Shown here in pieces: positions 27,410 to 37,239 of a DNA stretch of 64,000 bases (position 1 is its first letter; each line of letters begins with the position of its first letter). Source of the DNA: Planctomycetota bacterium (GTDB taxonomy: Bacteria; Planctomycetota; UBA8108; SXIK01). The notes under the pieces were generated by a model. It was not told the DNA's origin. It saw only the letters and a program-made list of their open reading frames with translations, and did no database searches. Location of the stretch: assembly GCA_965223265.1 (NCBI GenBank), contig OZ244999.1, forward strand, positions 3,776,001 to 3,840,000, in the 5' to 3' direction. The translations under genes and the position numbers were made by a program.

Positions 27410-28741
27410 TCATCGCAGAAGCCGCGCGTCCGCCCACGCTGCGTGGTCGCCAAAATCGACGCCATCCTCGCCGTAATCAACCACCAATCGGAGACGGCGA
27501 ACGCCTCCAATCGGCACGACGAACTTTTCCGCTGCGTCCGTCTTCTGTAGGGCTTTCTCGTAGATCGTCTTGCCGTCAGCGACAATTCGGTACGTCACGC
27601 CGGAATCGGCACCCGCCCCGTCCACCAAGCCGAGCGTCGCAGCGAACGATTCGTAGTCGCCATCCATGGCGAACTCCAGCGAACTGCGTGCATGCACTCC
27701 GAGGCCACGACGAAAATGCTTGCCATGGATGCGGATCGGACCGCCAGTGGTGGCTTGGTCCTTGCGCCACCCGAAAGCGGATTTCGAACCGATCAAGGGC
27801 TTCTCGTCGACGCTGACCGGTTCAAGGTCGGAAAGAAACCTGACTCTGTCGCTATAGAAACGGATCCTCGCCACCGCACTGAGGGGCACGGCTTGAAGAT
27901 CACTGGCATCGCTGCCATGAAAGCGGACGTGAAGCTTACTCGCCTCGCGCTCGCGGCCAAGTTTCGCGACGTAGACCGGTAACATTCCGCCGCGACGCAG
28001 CTCGAGGAGTGCCGGGATCCCGACCTCGGTCCGCTTGACGGCGATGGGAGCCAAAATCGCTGCGTATATACGCTCCCGCCGGATCGTCCGCGTTCGACCT
28101 TGGTATTCCATGCGCAGCTCGTCGGCTGTGAGTTGCCGCACGGTGCCATCGACGCGCAGAAGTTGGTTCCGACGTTGAACGTAGACTCGATCGTGCGCGA
28201 GTTGCCGCTCAAGATCGTGACCGCGTCCCGAAATCTGCCGTGCACGCCACGCCGCTACGTCGCTTCGAAAGAGCGAGTCCGGCGAGGGAATTGACTGGAA
28301 GCGAAAACCGAAGATTAAGTGCGCCGGCACCTGGAGCTGGCCGACGTCGTCGATACTGACGTTCGCGGTGACGCCATCGGATGCGATCACGTCTGCGCGC
28401 ACAACTTCGCCGCTGCGAAACCAGAGCAAGGGACGTCGCACCTTCCCGGGATCAAAATCGGCGAGCTTCGCGACCTCCTCGTCCGAGACGAACTGAATCG
28501 TCGCGACTTCGTACACCGCGAGCGTCTCGTCGTGGCCAGCGACGCGCAACGTCTCCCCGCCGAGCGACAGGAGAGAGCCTTCGATGCGGCGGTCGTCATT
28601 GAGCACGACGGTGTCAGCGCCGACGAAAGAACCAGACACTAAAATGCAGAAAAGTGCCACGCTTGCACCGAGGAGCCAACGCGACGCGACGCGACACATG
28701 GCTTTCATGTCACCGGCATCATCCCCACCGCCGGTTCTCAC
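27410..28741 (-). CDS. Secreted protein with C-terminal NPCBM/NEW2 domain
   Basis: RFLSDL...RRGLGVHARS...LRLVVDYG...GDHAAWADARL; GTG 28741 overlaps the upstream TGA and follows GAGGAGG. Confidence 0.85.
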   Translation of the reverse strand: MRTGGGDDAGDMKAMCRVASRWLLGASVALFCILVSGSFVGADTVVLNDDRRIEGSLLSLGGETLRVAGHDETLAVYEVATIQFVSDEEVAKLADFDPGKVRRPLLWFRSGEVVRADVIASDGVTANVSIDDVGQLQVPAHLIFGFRFQSIPSPDSLFRSDVAAWRARQISGRGHDLERQLAHDRVYVQRRNQLLRVDGTVRQLTADELRMEYQGRTRTIRRERIYAAILAPIAVKRTEVGIPALLELRRGGMLPVYVAKLGREREASKLHVRFHGSDASDLQAVPLSAVARIRFYSDRVRFLSDLEPVSVDEKPLIGSKSAFGWRKDQATTGGPIRIHGKHFRRGLGVHARSSLEFAMDGDYESFAATLGLVDGAGADSGVTYRIVADGKTIYEKALQKTDAAEKFVVPIGGVRRLRLVVDYGEDGVDFGDHAAWADARLLR

Positions 28742-29958
28742 CGGACATCCTCCTCGTCGCTCAGCCTCTTGAAGTACTCCTTGAGAAGGCGTTCGTAACG
28801 CGGCGACAACTTTCCGGAGTAGCTCTGCAGTGCGCGCGCACCGTCTTTCGCCTTGAGCTGTCCCCAAACAGTTCCGGGGTGGCCACGCGAAACACCGTGT
28901 AGAAGCACACGCCCCTCTGCCTGCACGAGCTGTGAGAAACGCGCCGGGCTTCGGCTTCGGTTGCCGCCGGGCTTGCCGCCACGACACTGTCCCTGACAGT
29001 TGCCGCCACCGCAGTTGCCACATGTGTTGCGCTCGCGCGCCTCCTGCAATTCGATCAGTTTGTCGAGCGCCGTCAGAATCTCGGTCTCTCGCACCTGCGT
29101 CGGGTCGCTACCGGTGACTTCGTCACTGAGCAGTCTCTCCACTTCGCCCATCCAGTTGGCGACGGTGTGGAGTGGCTTTTGAACAACTCCACTCAGCTCA
29201 TCCAGTCGCTGCTTCACACGTGCGCTCACGCGCTGCGGCACGTCTCGGTAGTCCGTCAGCAAGATCATATACTGCGCAGCCTCGAGAAGCGGTCTTTCAA
29301 GCGCCTCGAAGGCGAGCGCAATCAGTTCACAGGCGCGGTAGTCCTGCACTACGAACAGACGGTGCTTCTCGAGAACAACTTGCGCCAACTCGACCACCGT
29401 GGCGTAGTCATGCTCCTGATCGCCTGCCGAAACGAGATCGTACGTCGACTCCGCCAGAAGAAGCTGCCCATAGGCTGCGACATAGGGGTCTGACGCTCGT
29501 GCAAGCTCCTGCGCGGCGCGTACCGCCGCCTTGGCGTCGCCGCGGCCGAGCGACTCCTTTGCGCGGCCGTATTCGGGGAACAGTTCCGTCAACGCGGTCT
29601 CGATGAAATCGCCAGCGTCGAGACTCAGGGAAGGCTGTGCACAACAACTGCCGTCAGCCTTATGCTCGGCGCCCGCGTGATCTTCGTGGTTCGCGTGTCC
29701 GTCCCCTTCACCCGCGGCGACGTCGGCGTGCTCGTACTCATGGAGCTCGTCAAGCGCTCGTCCGATCTCGTACTCAAGGACAAGAGCTTGGTACTTCAAC
29801 GGATCGACCTGTGCGACCTTGACGAGATGCTGGATGAACGCGGCCGTCTTCTCTTGCGCCGTGAACGCCGATGGGTGCTGCGCCTGGAGCAAAGCGGTGG
29901 GGCCGAAGAACACGACAAACAACAAACCGCAAATCCGATCAGGTCGTGCTGCAAGCAT
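28738..29958 (-). CDS. Secreted helical protein with His-rich loop and Cys cluster (start uncertain)
   Basis: Signal peptide after ATG 29958; HEYEH...HANHEDH...CC; CGNCGGGNCQGQC; C-terminal WGQL...PRYERLLKEYFKRL. Confidence 0.7.
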   Translation of the reverse strand: MLAARPDRICGLLFVVFFGPTALLQAQHPSAFTAQEKTAAFIQHLVKVAQVDPLKYQALVLEYEIGRALDELHEYEHADVAAGEGDGHANHEDHAGAEHKADGSCCAQPSLSLDAGDFIETALTELFPEYGRAKESLGRGDAKAAVRAAQELARASDPYVAAYGQLLLAESTYDLVSAGDQEHDYATVVELAQVVLEKHRLFVVQDYRACELIALAFEALERPLLEAAQYMILLTDYRDVPQRVSARVKQRLDELSGVVQKPLHTVANWMGEVERLLSDEVTGSDPTQVRETEILTALDKLIELQEARERNTCGNCGGGNCQGQCRGGKPGGNRSRSPARFSQLVQAEGRVLLHGVSRGHPGTVWGQLKAKDGARALQSYSGKLSPRYERLLKEYFKRLSDEEDVR

Positions 29959-30151
29959 TGCGAACTCCCGTTGAAGGCTGAAGTGCCGTTTCACGGCCGG
30001 TCGTCCCAACCGATCGTGACGCAGGAACTCCTGCGCGGCGCCGGGAACTGTACTTGTCATCGTTTTTACCGTCATCAGGGCCGAAACGCTACGAATCTCA
30101 ATGGCATCGAAGCTCGCTGGGAACCGTTTACCGGCCTCTCGGGCGAAGGCG

Positions 30152-32242
30152 TCACCGCTCGCCGACCGCGCCCGCGAGCTTGCGAAGCACGTCCTTAACA
30201 TGCTTTTGTTTGCGGCGGACGGCATCGCACTCAAGCTTTTGTGCCGGTGTGAGGTTTTCAACGCCGAGTCTCTCAGCATCGAAAATCCGCGTCCGCTCGT
30301 TGACGCGAAGCTGCAGCGAGCGAACCATTTTGAGCTCCGCGGACGCAGGAAGCAGCGGCGCCGAGCCGCTCTGCGAGTTGCGTCCCTTGTTGGGATTCGG
30401 GGGCGGTGGATTCTTTTCCGCGACTTCGAGGGCTTTTAGGATCTCTTCGATCGTCGCTTCGATCTGTTTTTGTACCTGTTGGGTTTCGGCGCCGACTTCG
30501 AACGCCGACAGAAGCGACGCCGCGTGCTCAAGGTCGCCGCCGAGGGCGCGAATGATCTGCGGGAAGACAAGCGTCGTGCCGTCCTCCGCAAGGAGATCCG
30601 CCACGTCCTCGGTGATGCGACCAAGCTCGAGCTCGCGACCGGCGAGTCGGCTGGCTGTTTGTCTTTCCCGGCGCCCGATCTCAGGAGCCAACGAATCGTC
30701 CGTTCGGGCAACCACGCGCTGCGCCTCCAGTTTCAGGTGAAGCGAGTTCGTCTGTCGGGATATGCGCCGCTGTTCCTTGAGCATCTTCGTGAACTTGTCC
30801 TTGAGGTACGCCAGGAGCCTGTCACGCAGCGCTTGCTGCAGACGCTCGAGGCTCTCTTCGACCTTCTCTTTTGCAGCATCCAGCTTGGTCAAAGCTTTTT
30901 TCTGACTCGAGCCCGCGCCGCCAGCCTTGCCTTCGCCGAGCTGACCTGAGGCGTTTTGCATGTCGGTGCTGGCCGATTGGATCTCGGTGCGACCCGGGAC
31001 GCCGTCCTCCGACGGCAGGAGTGGCACCGGCTCCTTCATCTTGTCGGCAAGTTTGTCAGTATCCTCTTTCGTTACGTCCTGATCCTTCTGCAGCTTCTCA
31101 AAGTTTCGCTTCAGTCGAAGCCGCTCCAGTTTCTCCCTGGCTGACTGACGTGCGGCTTCGAGAGCTTCGCGCGCCGCGCGGGTTGTGCTCCGCGCCGCGG
31201 TGCCCTCGCCGGCCTCCAAGGCCGCCTGCGCCTTCGTCATCTCCTGCGAGGCGGTGCTGAGCGCCTCTTGGTTGAGCACCGAGCCAGGCTTCGGCGGCTT
31301 TTCAGATGGCGGTTTTTCGCCCGTTGATTCGCCGGGTTGCGGCTTCCCGCCTTGTGGATCACCGGGCTGTGGCCTGCCGGGTTGCGGTTCACCGGGCTGC
31401 CGCTCGCCGGGTTGTGGCCTCTCACCCTGTGGCTCAACAGGCCGTGGCCGGCCGGGTTGCGATGGTCGCGACTCTTTCTCAGACTGACGCTCACGTTCCA
31501 CATCGCGATCGCGCAAGGCGTCCGTATCGCGCTGTACGTCGGACTGCTTCTTCGCCAGGTCGCTGCTCTGCTCCCGGTCCTGCGGCTCCCGAACTGACGC
31601 CTCGAGTTCAGACTGGCGGCGAATCAAATCCTCCAGAATCTCTTGCTCGTTCACAAGTTCCTTCGACTCGACGCCAGCCTTCGCCGCGTCGTCACTTGCC
31701 AGCTTCTCGCGCGTTTCGTCACGAATGATGCCGTCAAGGTCTTTGAGATGCCCCTTCAGGCGCCGGATATGCCGCATCAGCTCGCGTGGATCGATATCCT
31801 CCTGGAGAAGAATCCGCAGGAGGTGCTCTAAGTGGAGACTGACCTCCTTCTGCTCCGCCAGAGCGCGATCGAGCTTGTTTTCGCGGAGATACTCTAGGAC
31901 GCGATCCATATTGTGGACGACCAACCGCCGTCGCGATTCGCGAAACGCGCGTTCAAGCTTAGCGGCGTTGTAGGGCTCAGTGGGGCGCAGCCGCGCAGCG
32001 ATGCGGTCCATCGCCTCCTCAAGGCGTTTCAGCTTTTCCTTCACCTCTTGTTCTTTGACGTTCGCCAGATTCGCCGCGCGCTCCTGCGAACGAAGGCTAA
32101 GAGACGGCCATGCGACCGCGAGGCAGAGGCACATGAGAGCAGCGGACCGAACAACGTCCGCCCGAGGTGACGTCCCGGAAAGCGCGCCGCATGGTTTCGT
32201 GCGCATGGGGATCTCCTTACTGATCTCGACGATTGGTCTCAT
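30152..32242 (-). CDS. Long coiled-coil protein (DUF4175-like) with Pro/Gly/Gln linker
   Basis: Heptad-rich; QPG pentapeptide repeats; LLPASAELKMVRSLQLRVNERT C-terminal motif; ATGA-coupled to the upstream gene. Confidence 0.8.
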   Translation of the reverse strand: MRPIVEISKEIPMRTKPCGALSGTSPRADVVRSAALMCLCLAVAWPSLSLRSQERAANLANVKEQEVKEKLKRLEEAMDRIAARLRPTEPYNAAKLERAFRESRRRLVVHNMDRVLEYLRENKLDRALAEQKEVSLHLEHLLRILLQEDIDPRELMRHIRRLKGHLKDLDGIIRDETREKLASDDAAKAGVESKELVNEQEILEDLIRRQSELEASVREPQDREQSSDLAKKQSDVQRDTDALRDRDVERERQSEKESRPSQPGRPRPVEPQGERPQPGERQPGEPQPGRPQPGDPQGGKPQPGESTGEKPPSEKPPKPGSVLNQEALSTASQEMTKAQAALEAGEGTAARSTTRAAREALEAARQSAREKLERLRLKRNFEKLQKDQDVTKEDTDKLADKMKEPVPLLPSEDGVPGRTEIQSASTDMQNASGQLGEGKAGGAGSSQKKALTKLDAAKEKVEESLERLQQALRDRLLAYLKDKFTKMLKEQRRISRQTNSLHLKLEAQRVVARTDDSLAPEIGRRERQTASRLAGRELELGRITEDVADLLAEDGTTLVFPQIIRALGGDLEHAASLLSAFEVGAETQQVQKQIEATIEEILKALEVAEKNPPPPNPNKGRNSQSGSAPLLPASAELKMVRSLQLRVNERTRIFDAERLGVENLTPAQKLECDAVRRKQKHVKDVLRKLAGAVGER
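31325..31465 (-). repeat. Degenerate 15-bp repeats encoding (P/R)QPGx pentapeptides
   Basis: PQPGERQPGEPQPGRPQPGDPQGGKPQPGE in translation. Confidence 0.75.
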
Positions 32243-34659
32243 TCGCCACCGGATGCTCCGGGCGGGACCAAACCCGCGTCACCCCGCGCCCCGCCGGTCG
32301 GGCCGTCGGGCCGGTCATCACTTCCTCTGGAACCGGCGCCTGATTCGCCTGAGCCTGCTGGCTCATCCTCGAAGATACTGTCGACCATAGCATCGTAGAG
32401 GCTGGTCGTCTCACGCGTCGCTTCACCATGCACCCTCAGAATAATCCGCAGCCTCTGGACAATCTCTGCAAATCCTTCCATTTGACGCATGTTCTCAAGC
32501 ACGCGCTCGAGCTCTTCGATGATCGATTCGACATCCTCCGATAGCCGCCAGCCTTTCTCAAGACGCACCGCGACGGTAGTTGCATTGCGCACAACTGCCA
32601 GTGATTTGACGCTATTCGGCAATTCGGTCGCAGCAAGATCGCCGAGCGGTTCGATCACGTTCTCTGCCAGCCGCTCAGTATCGTTTGCCTCGTCAACGCG
32701 GTTGTTCTGCATCTCCTCGACGATCTGCTTGAGGGCGCCGCTGACGCCCTCAAGCTGGCGCGCGAGCTGGCGCTGCGACGTCGCCAGCGCGACCATCTGC
32801 TGCAGCACCTCCGCTTCGAGATCGCCCTCCTTGGTCCATGCTTCGCCGAGCAAGCGGTAGATCTCATCACGCACAAGTCGCTCGCTTTCGACCGCACGCT
32901 CGAGAGCACGTCGCTGCTCGACCTCGCGCCGCAGCAGCTCAGCGCCGAGTCGATCGAGCGTCACGACGAGGAAAGACTGCAGCGCGCTACGTCCCACCTT
33001 CGAACCACCGAGTGCATCGTTGTCACGCGCCACGATGCGCACGTCGAGTCGAGTTCCGGGAGGCAACTCAAGCTCTTGAGTGTCCCACACCGGCTCGCTC
33101 TGGATCGCACGGTCGGGGTTCGGTGGGGGAGGAAACTCGAAGCTGGTCACGAGATCGGAGTCATCGGACCCGGCAACATCGGTGGCAGCGCCAGACGTGG
33201 AGGTGTCGTCATGAGGGTCGACCTCGACGGAGTCGTCATCAGACGCGACAACGCCTTCGCCTCCCGTGTCGGCGGCATCCGCTGCGTCCAGAGACCGCGC
33301 GATATACTCGACGCCAGTGCCCACCACGCCGTAGTCGTCGTCGGCACGAATCCGCCACGGAATACGTGCGCGGTTAGAGATCATCGTACTCACACCCGAG
33401 GCACGCGCACGCACGGTGGGGGCGCGGTCAGGCACTACGACAACCCGAAAACTGAAGAACCGGTCCTGCGGTACCCCCTCTTGATCTTCCAGCAAGATGC
33501 GCACCAGGCGGCTGTCCTTTGGGGCGAATGATCCCGAAAACGACGCGGGATCAACGCCCGGCGTCGCTAGCGCCAGTGCTTCGCCGTCGATGTCGAGCGC
33601 AGCGCTGCGAAGCGGTTTCGATGCTCGACCCTGCAGCCCGATCGTCGATCCAGCCGGAACCTCGATCTCGCCGATATCGGCGTCGTAGACCTGCGGCTCT
33701 CGCCTCGTGTACTCGGGTGCGTTCACTTCAAGCGCTAGCGACTGCACGACAGGGCGCTCCTGGACGACAATGTGATGGCGAGGCGAACGAAAATCGCCGC
33801 CGTCAACGATGAAGTCGAAGGGCTCCGTCACCTGCGCCTCCTCGTAGACGAACGTGTTGTCCGACTCCTTCGTGAGGACGAACCGTCGCTCATCCTGACG
33901 CTCGCCGTCACCATAGTAGAGCCACACTCTGACGCGTGCGGGCATTTCGCCGTCAGCGGTGACTCGCAGGACGAAAGGATCGTCGCGTGGCACGCCTCGC
34001 GTGTAGTCCGGCGCCGAAAACCCCTCGACGTAGAGGCGTGTCTTGTACGGCCACTCCGTGTCGGCCAGTAAGATTTGTCGCTCGAACCAGATCGTGATCG
34101 TGTCGTGCAGCGGCACCCAGAGCGCGATCGCGACGGCGATCACCGCGAGGCAGCCTGTGAGCGCCGCAACGACTCCCGGCACGTTGATGACCCTCGTGAC
34201 GTCCAACTTCGAGAGCTCGGCGACGGTCTCGTCCGCCACGCGCTCCTTCATTGCAGACGAAAGCCTTTGATCCTGCAGCGAGACGCGTGGATTCTCTGCG
34301 TCCTTCTCCTTCAAAAACTGCAGGCTGCTGCGGAAACGATCTTGAAAATCCGGGAACCTGCTCTCGACTAGATCGGCGAGCGTGCTGGCATTCAAACGCA
34401 CCGTCAGCGGACGCACAAGCCAGCGCCAAGCACACCAGGCAAACGCCGAGCCATAGACGGCCAGCGTGACTACACGCGCTCCTACGGAGAGTCGAAACGT
34501 CCGATCGAGGCAGAACGACACAAGGCAAAGAGCGACGAGTGCGGGAATCAGCAGCGACACGGCTCGCAGCAGCGAGTTCATCCGAATCGAGCGACGCAGG
34601 CTTTTCAGCGCTCGGTCGAGCGTCATGAGGGAGCTTTGTGAATCGTTGTGGCGTCGCAT
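32239..34659 (-). CDS. Membrane-anchored Ig-like + coiled-coil protein (DUF4175-like)
   Basis: Three N-terminal TMs, VESRFPDFQDRF, PDRAPTV and ADDDYGV motifs, helical C-terminus. Confidence 0.8.
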   Translation of the reverse strand: MRRHNDSQSSLMTLDRALKSLRRSIRMNSLLRAVSLLIPALVALCLVSFCLDRTFRLSVGARVVTLAVYGSAFAWCAWRWLVRPLTVRLNASTLADLVESRFPDFQDRFRSSLQFLKEKDAENPRVSLQDQRLSSAMKERVADETVAELSKLDVTRVINVPGVVAALTGCLAVIAVAIALWVPLHDTITIWFERQILLADTEWPYKTRLYVEGFSAPDYTRGVPRDDPFVLRVTADGEMPARVRVWLYYGDGERQDERRFVLTKESDNTFVYEEAQVTEPFDFIVDGGDFRSPRHHIVVQERPVVQSLALEVNAPEYTRREPQVYDADIGEIEVPAGSTIGLQGRASKPLRSAALDIDGEALALATPGVDPASFSGSFAPKDSRLVRILLEDQEGVPQDRFFSFRVVVVPDRAPTVRARASGVSTMISNRARIPWRIRADDDYGVVGTGVEYIARSLDAADAADTGGEGVVASDDDSVEVDPHDDTSTSGAATDVAGSDDSDLVTSFEFPPPPNPDRAIQSEPVWDTQELELPPGTRLDVRIVARDNDALGGSKVGRSALQSFLVVTLDRLGAELLRREVEQRRALERAVESERLVRDEIYRLLGEAWTKEGDLEAEVLQQMVALATSQRQLARQLEGVSGALKQIVEEMQNNRVDEANDTERLAENVIEPLGDLAATELPNSVKSLAVVRNATTVAVRLEKGWRLSEDVESIIEELERVLENMRQMEGFAEIVQRLRIILRVHGEATRETTSLYDAMVDSIFEDEPAGSGESGAGSRGSDDRPDGPTGGARGDAGLVPPGASGGE

Positions 34660-34677
34660 CGCTTCGTTAGAGTAGGT

Positions 34678-37239
34678 CTAAAGGAGTCTGTTCCACTTAC
34701 GGAGAATCCATTCGAGTGTCAGGATGCCGACGAGCAGGCTCAAGCAAAACCAGTTGTCCCAGAGAGGGATCGGTTCGTCTGTCGTCACCACCGTCTGCAC
34801 GCGATCAGGAACGTCCTCGGGTAGCGTCGACAACTCGGAAATCGGTCGATATGAGCCGCGAGTGCGGGTTGCCAGCTCGCGCAGCGCCGATTCGTTCAGC
34901 TGCGGCTCTTGAAACTCGATGCGCGGTGGGTCGACCGCCACTCGGTGCTCGCTGCCCTCACCGCGCAGCAGGAAGTTCCCCAGCTTGCGCGGGGTGTAGA
35001 GGCCACGAAACCAACCCGGCGCACTGCCATCGGCGGGCAGGGCGAGTTCGCGCTCGGCGCCTTCGGGATCAATGACGCTCAAGCGGACCTCTCCAGTCGC
35101 AACGGGCTTGTAGTTCTCGTCAAGCGCATGAACGCTGACACGGACGGTTTCGCCGAAGTCATAGGCGTCACGGTCGGTTTGGATCAAAAAGCGTTCCTTG
35201 CGCAGGAGTCGCCCCTCGGTGAGGTAGCGAACAGATTGAATCCAAAATCGGTCATAGACCTCCTCAGCAAGCGCGCGCCAACGCCAAGTCGAGTCAATTC
35301 CACACCACATGACTCGACCGCCGCCGTAGTACTGCGTCACGAGAAGCGGTCGTCGCCGGCCGTCGCGAACGAGTGCTGGATTGGAATGCTCCAGTAAGAC
35401 TGTCGCACCTGGTTTGACGCGCGCTACTGGAAACGACCAATAGAACCCAGCGATCTCAGCCCAGCGGTCGCGGTTGCGATCTGGCTGCGACGACAGGCGC
35501 GTCGAGGCGTGTACGCTCGCCTCAGGTGTCGGAAGCGGCGCCCACTCGCGTTCATAGTAAAGCCCTTGCTCCAGCTCGCCGCGAAGATCGGCAGTCTCAA
35601 CGCTTACGGGCAAGAGATTGCGCAGCGATGCCGCCACCGTCGACTCGAAGACAGTCAAAGAGAACTTGTCGCCCGCCACGTAGGCAAGCCCTCCGTGGTG
35701 CTGCGAGACGAAATCGTCCAAGAGGCCGAGAAACGCGGCAGGAAGTCCTGACACGTCGATGTCGAGCAGCACGACGACGTCATACTCAAAGAGGTCCTGT
35801 GCCGTCGCCGGTAAGCGCTTCAGGCTCACGTCGCCCTCTTGAGGAAAGTCCGGGTCGGCGCTCATGAGCCAGCCCGCCACCGTGATGCGCGAGTCGCGTC
35901 GCAAGAGATTCTTCAGGTAATGGTACTCGTACGAAGGACCGCCTGAGATCATCAGGACGTTCGACGCTTCTTCGACGACTTCGAAGGCGCGCGATCTCTC
36001 GTTGTCATCGGCAAACGCTTCATCGGGACGCACCTCAATGCGAGCGAAAAGGCGATGCACACCAAGCCCTTCGGGCTCAATCTTGAAGCTCGCGGAGAGC
36101 TCGGTCGTCGAGTCGTCGAATTCAACATCCCGCGCTTGCAGGAGTCGCTCGACGCTCTCAACACCGCCGCCCGGCTGGTGTTGGTCGTAGAGCTCCAAGC
36201 GCACGGTCTCGCCACCGTAGCCCTTATGCTCCAAACGAACGTCGACTGCGATCGGATCGCCGACGAAGACGCGCTCGCCTGTGAGAACGTTGCTGATGCG
36301 GACATTGCGAGTCGGTGTCGGATCACCGACACCGACGGCAAACACGGGAATGTTCTGTTGTCTCAAATAAGTAGCGACACCGCCCAGATCTTCGCCACCG
36401 GTGACGCGACCGTCGGTGAGAACGACGATTCCAGCAATCCGCGTCCCCGCCTCACTCTCCACCGCCGTCCGCAAGGCGCCTGCTAAGTCTGTCACGTCTC
36501 CGGTTGGGTTCAGACGGACTGATAAACGCGAATTCGAGTCACCCGCGACTTCTCGTCCAGTCGCGGCAACGGTGGCAGATGAAGACGCGGCCGAACCGTT
36601 CGTGCGGTCGTCGGTCTCGCTGGCGCCGCCGTCCGCGTCTGCTCGAACGGCCTCGACCGATGCCTTTGCGTCGAGTTGAGGACGTGCGAAACCGTACACT
36701 TTGAGGCGCTGCTCCCGCGCCAACCGTTCCAGCACGCGCCACTCCGGATGCTGGAGTGCGTGTTCGACAATTTCAGCACGCGACATCGTGGCGACCTTTT
36801 CCGACTCGACGGAAAGAGCCGCCGCAATTGCATCTCGCAGCGGAGAGCTGCTCAGGTACCTGTCCTTGATCGACTGACTGAGCGACTCGTCGACGAGAAC
36901 GATCGTCGTCGCGCGAATCTGCTGAACTCGATCGACCTCGAGCACGGGGTACGCCAAAGCGAGCGCAACCAGAAGAACGAGGAGCACTCTCGTCGCAGTC
37001 ATCACGAGCTTACGAGTGCGAGAGACGCTGCCTTCACGCCGGTAGGTCCAAACCACTCCGCCCACTGCCAGCAGAAGGACACAGAGCGCCAGGAGGCCCC
37101 AACCACCCTCTGGAAAATGAGCCAACCGCAGCTGCCCTTTGGCTCCCTCCAGCCGCGCCGCATCGACGGATAGGAGGCTGAGAAGCCAGTCCGGTAGCGG
37201 CAGCTGGGCGAAGAACGGAGTCGAAGATAGGGGCTGCAT
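34678..37239 (-). CDS. Membrane vWA + Ig + glutamine-amidotransferase-like domain protein
   Basis: MIDAS DESLS, LTDGR, GRVMWCGIDSTWRWR, C-terminal TM ending EWILRK. Confidence 0.85.
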   Translation of the reverse strand: MQPLSSTPFFAQLPLPDWLLSLLSVDAARLEGAKGQLRLAHFPEGGWGLLALCVLLLAVGGVVWTYRREGSVSRTRKLVMTATRVLLVLLVALALAYPVLEVDRVQQIRATTIVLVDESLSQSIKDRYLSSSPLRDAIAAALSVESEKVATMSRAEIVEHALQHPEWRVLERLAREQRLKVYGFARPQLDAKASVEAVRADADGGASETDDRTNGSAASSSATVAATGREVAGDSNSRLSVRLNPTGDVTDLAGALRTAVESEAGTRIAGIVVLTDGRVTGGEDLGGVATYLRQQNIPVFAVGVGDPTPTRNVRISNVLTGERVFVGDPIAVDVRLEHKGYGGETVRLELYDQHQPGGGVESVERLLQARDVEFDDSTTELSASFKIEPEGLGVHRLFARIEVRPDEAFADDNERSRAFEVVEEASNVLMISGGPSYEYHYLKNLLRRDSRITVAGWLMSADPDFPQEGDVSLKRLPATAQDLFEYDVVVLLDIDVSGLPAAFLGLLDDFVSQHHGGLAYVAGDKFSLTVFESTVAASLRNLLPVSVETADLRGELEQGLYYEREWAPLPTPEASVHASTRLSSQPDRNRDRWAEIAGFYWSFPVARVKPGATVLLEHSNPALVRDGRRRPLLVTQYYGGGRVMWCGIDSTWRWRALAEEVYDRFWIQSVRYLTEGRLLRKERFLIQTDRDAYDFGETVRVSVHALDENYKPVATGEVRLSVIDPEGAERELALPADGSAPGWFRGLYTPRKLGNFLLRGEGSEHRVAVDPPRIEFQEPQLNESALRELATRTRGSYRPISELSTLPEDVPDRVQTVVTTDEPIPLWDNWFCLSLLVGILTLEWILRKWNRLL

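Noticed and set aside
28742-29023. N-terminal extension of the 537-aa NPCBM ORF; likewise the long starts at 30279, 50356, 53543, 62729 and 63727
   Set aside because: They overlap neighbouring genes or lack an SD; downstream starts fit signal peptides, SDs and family N-termini better
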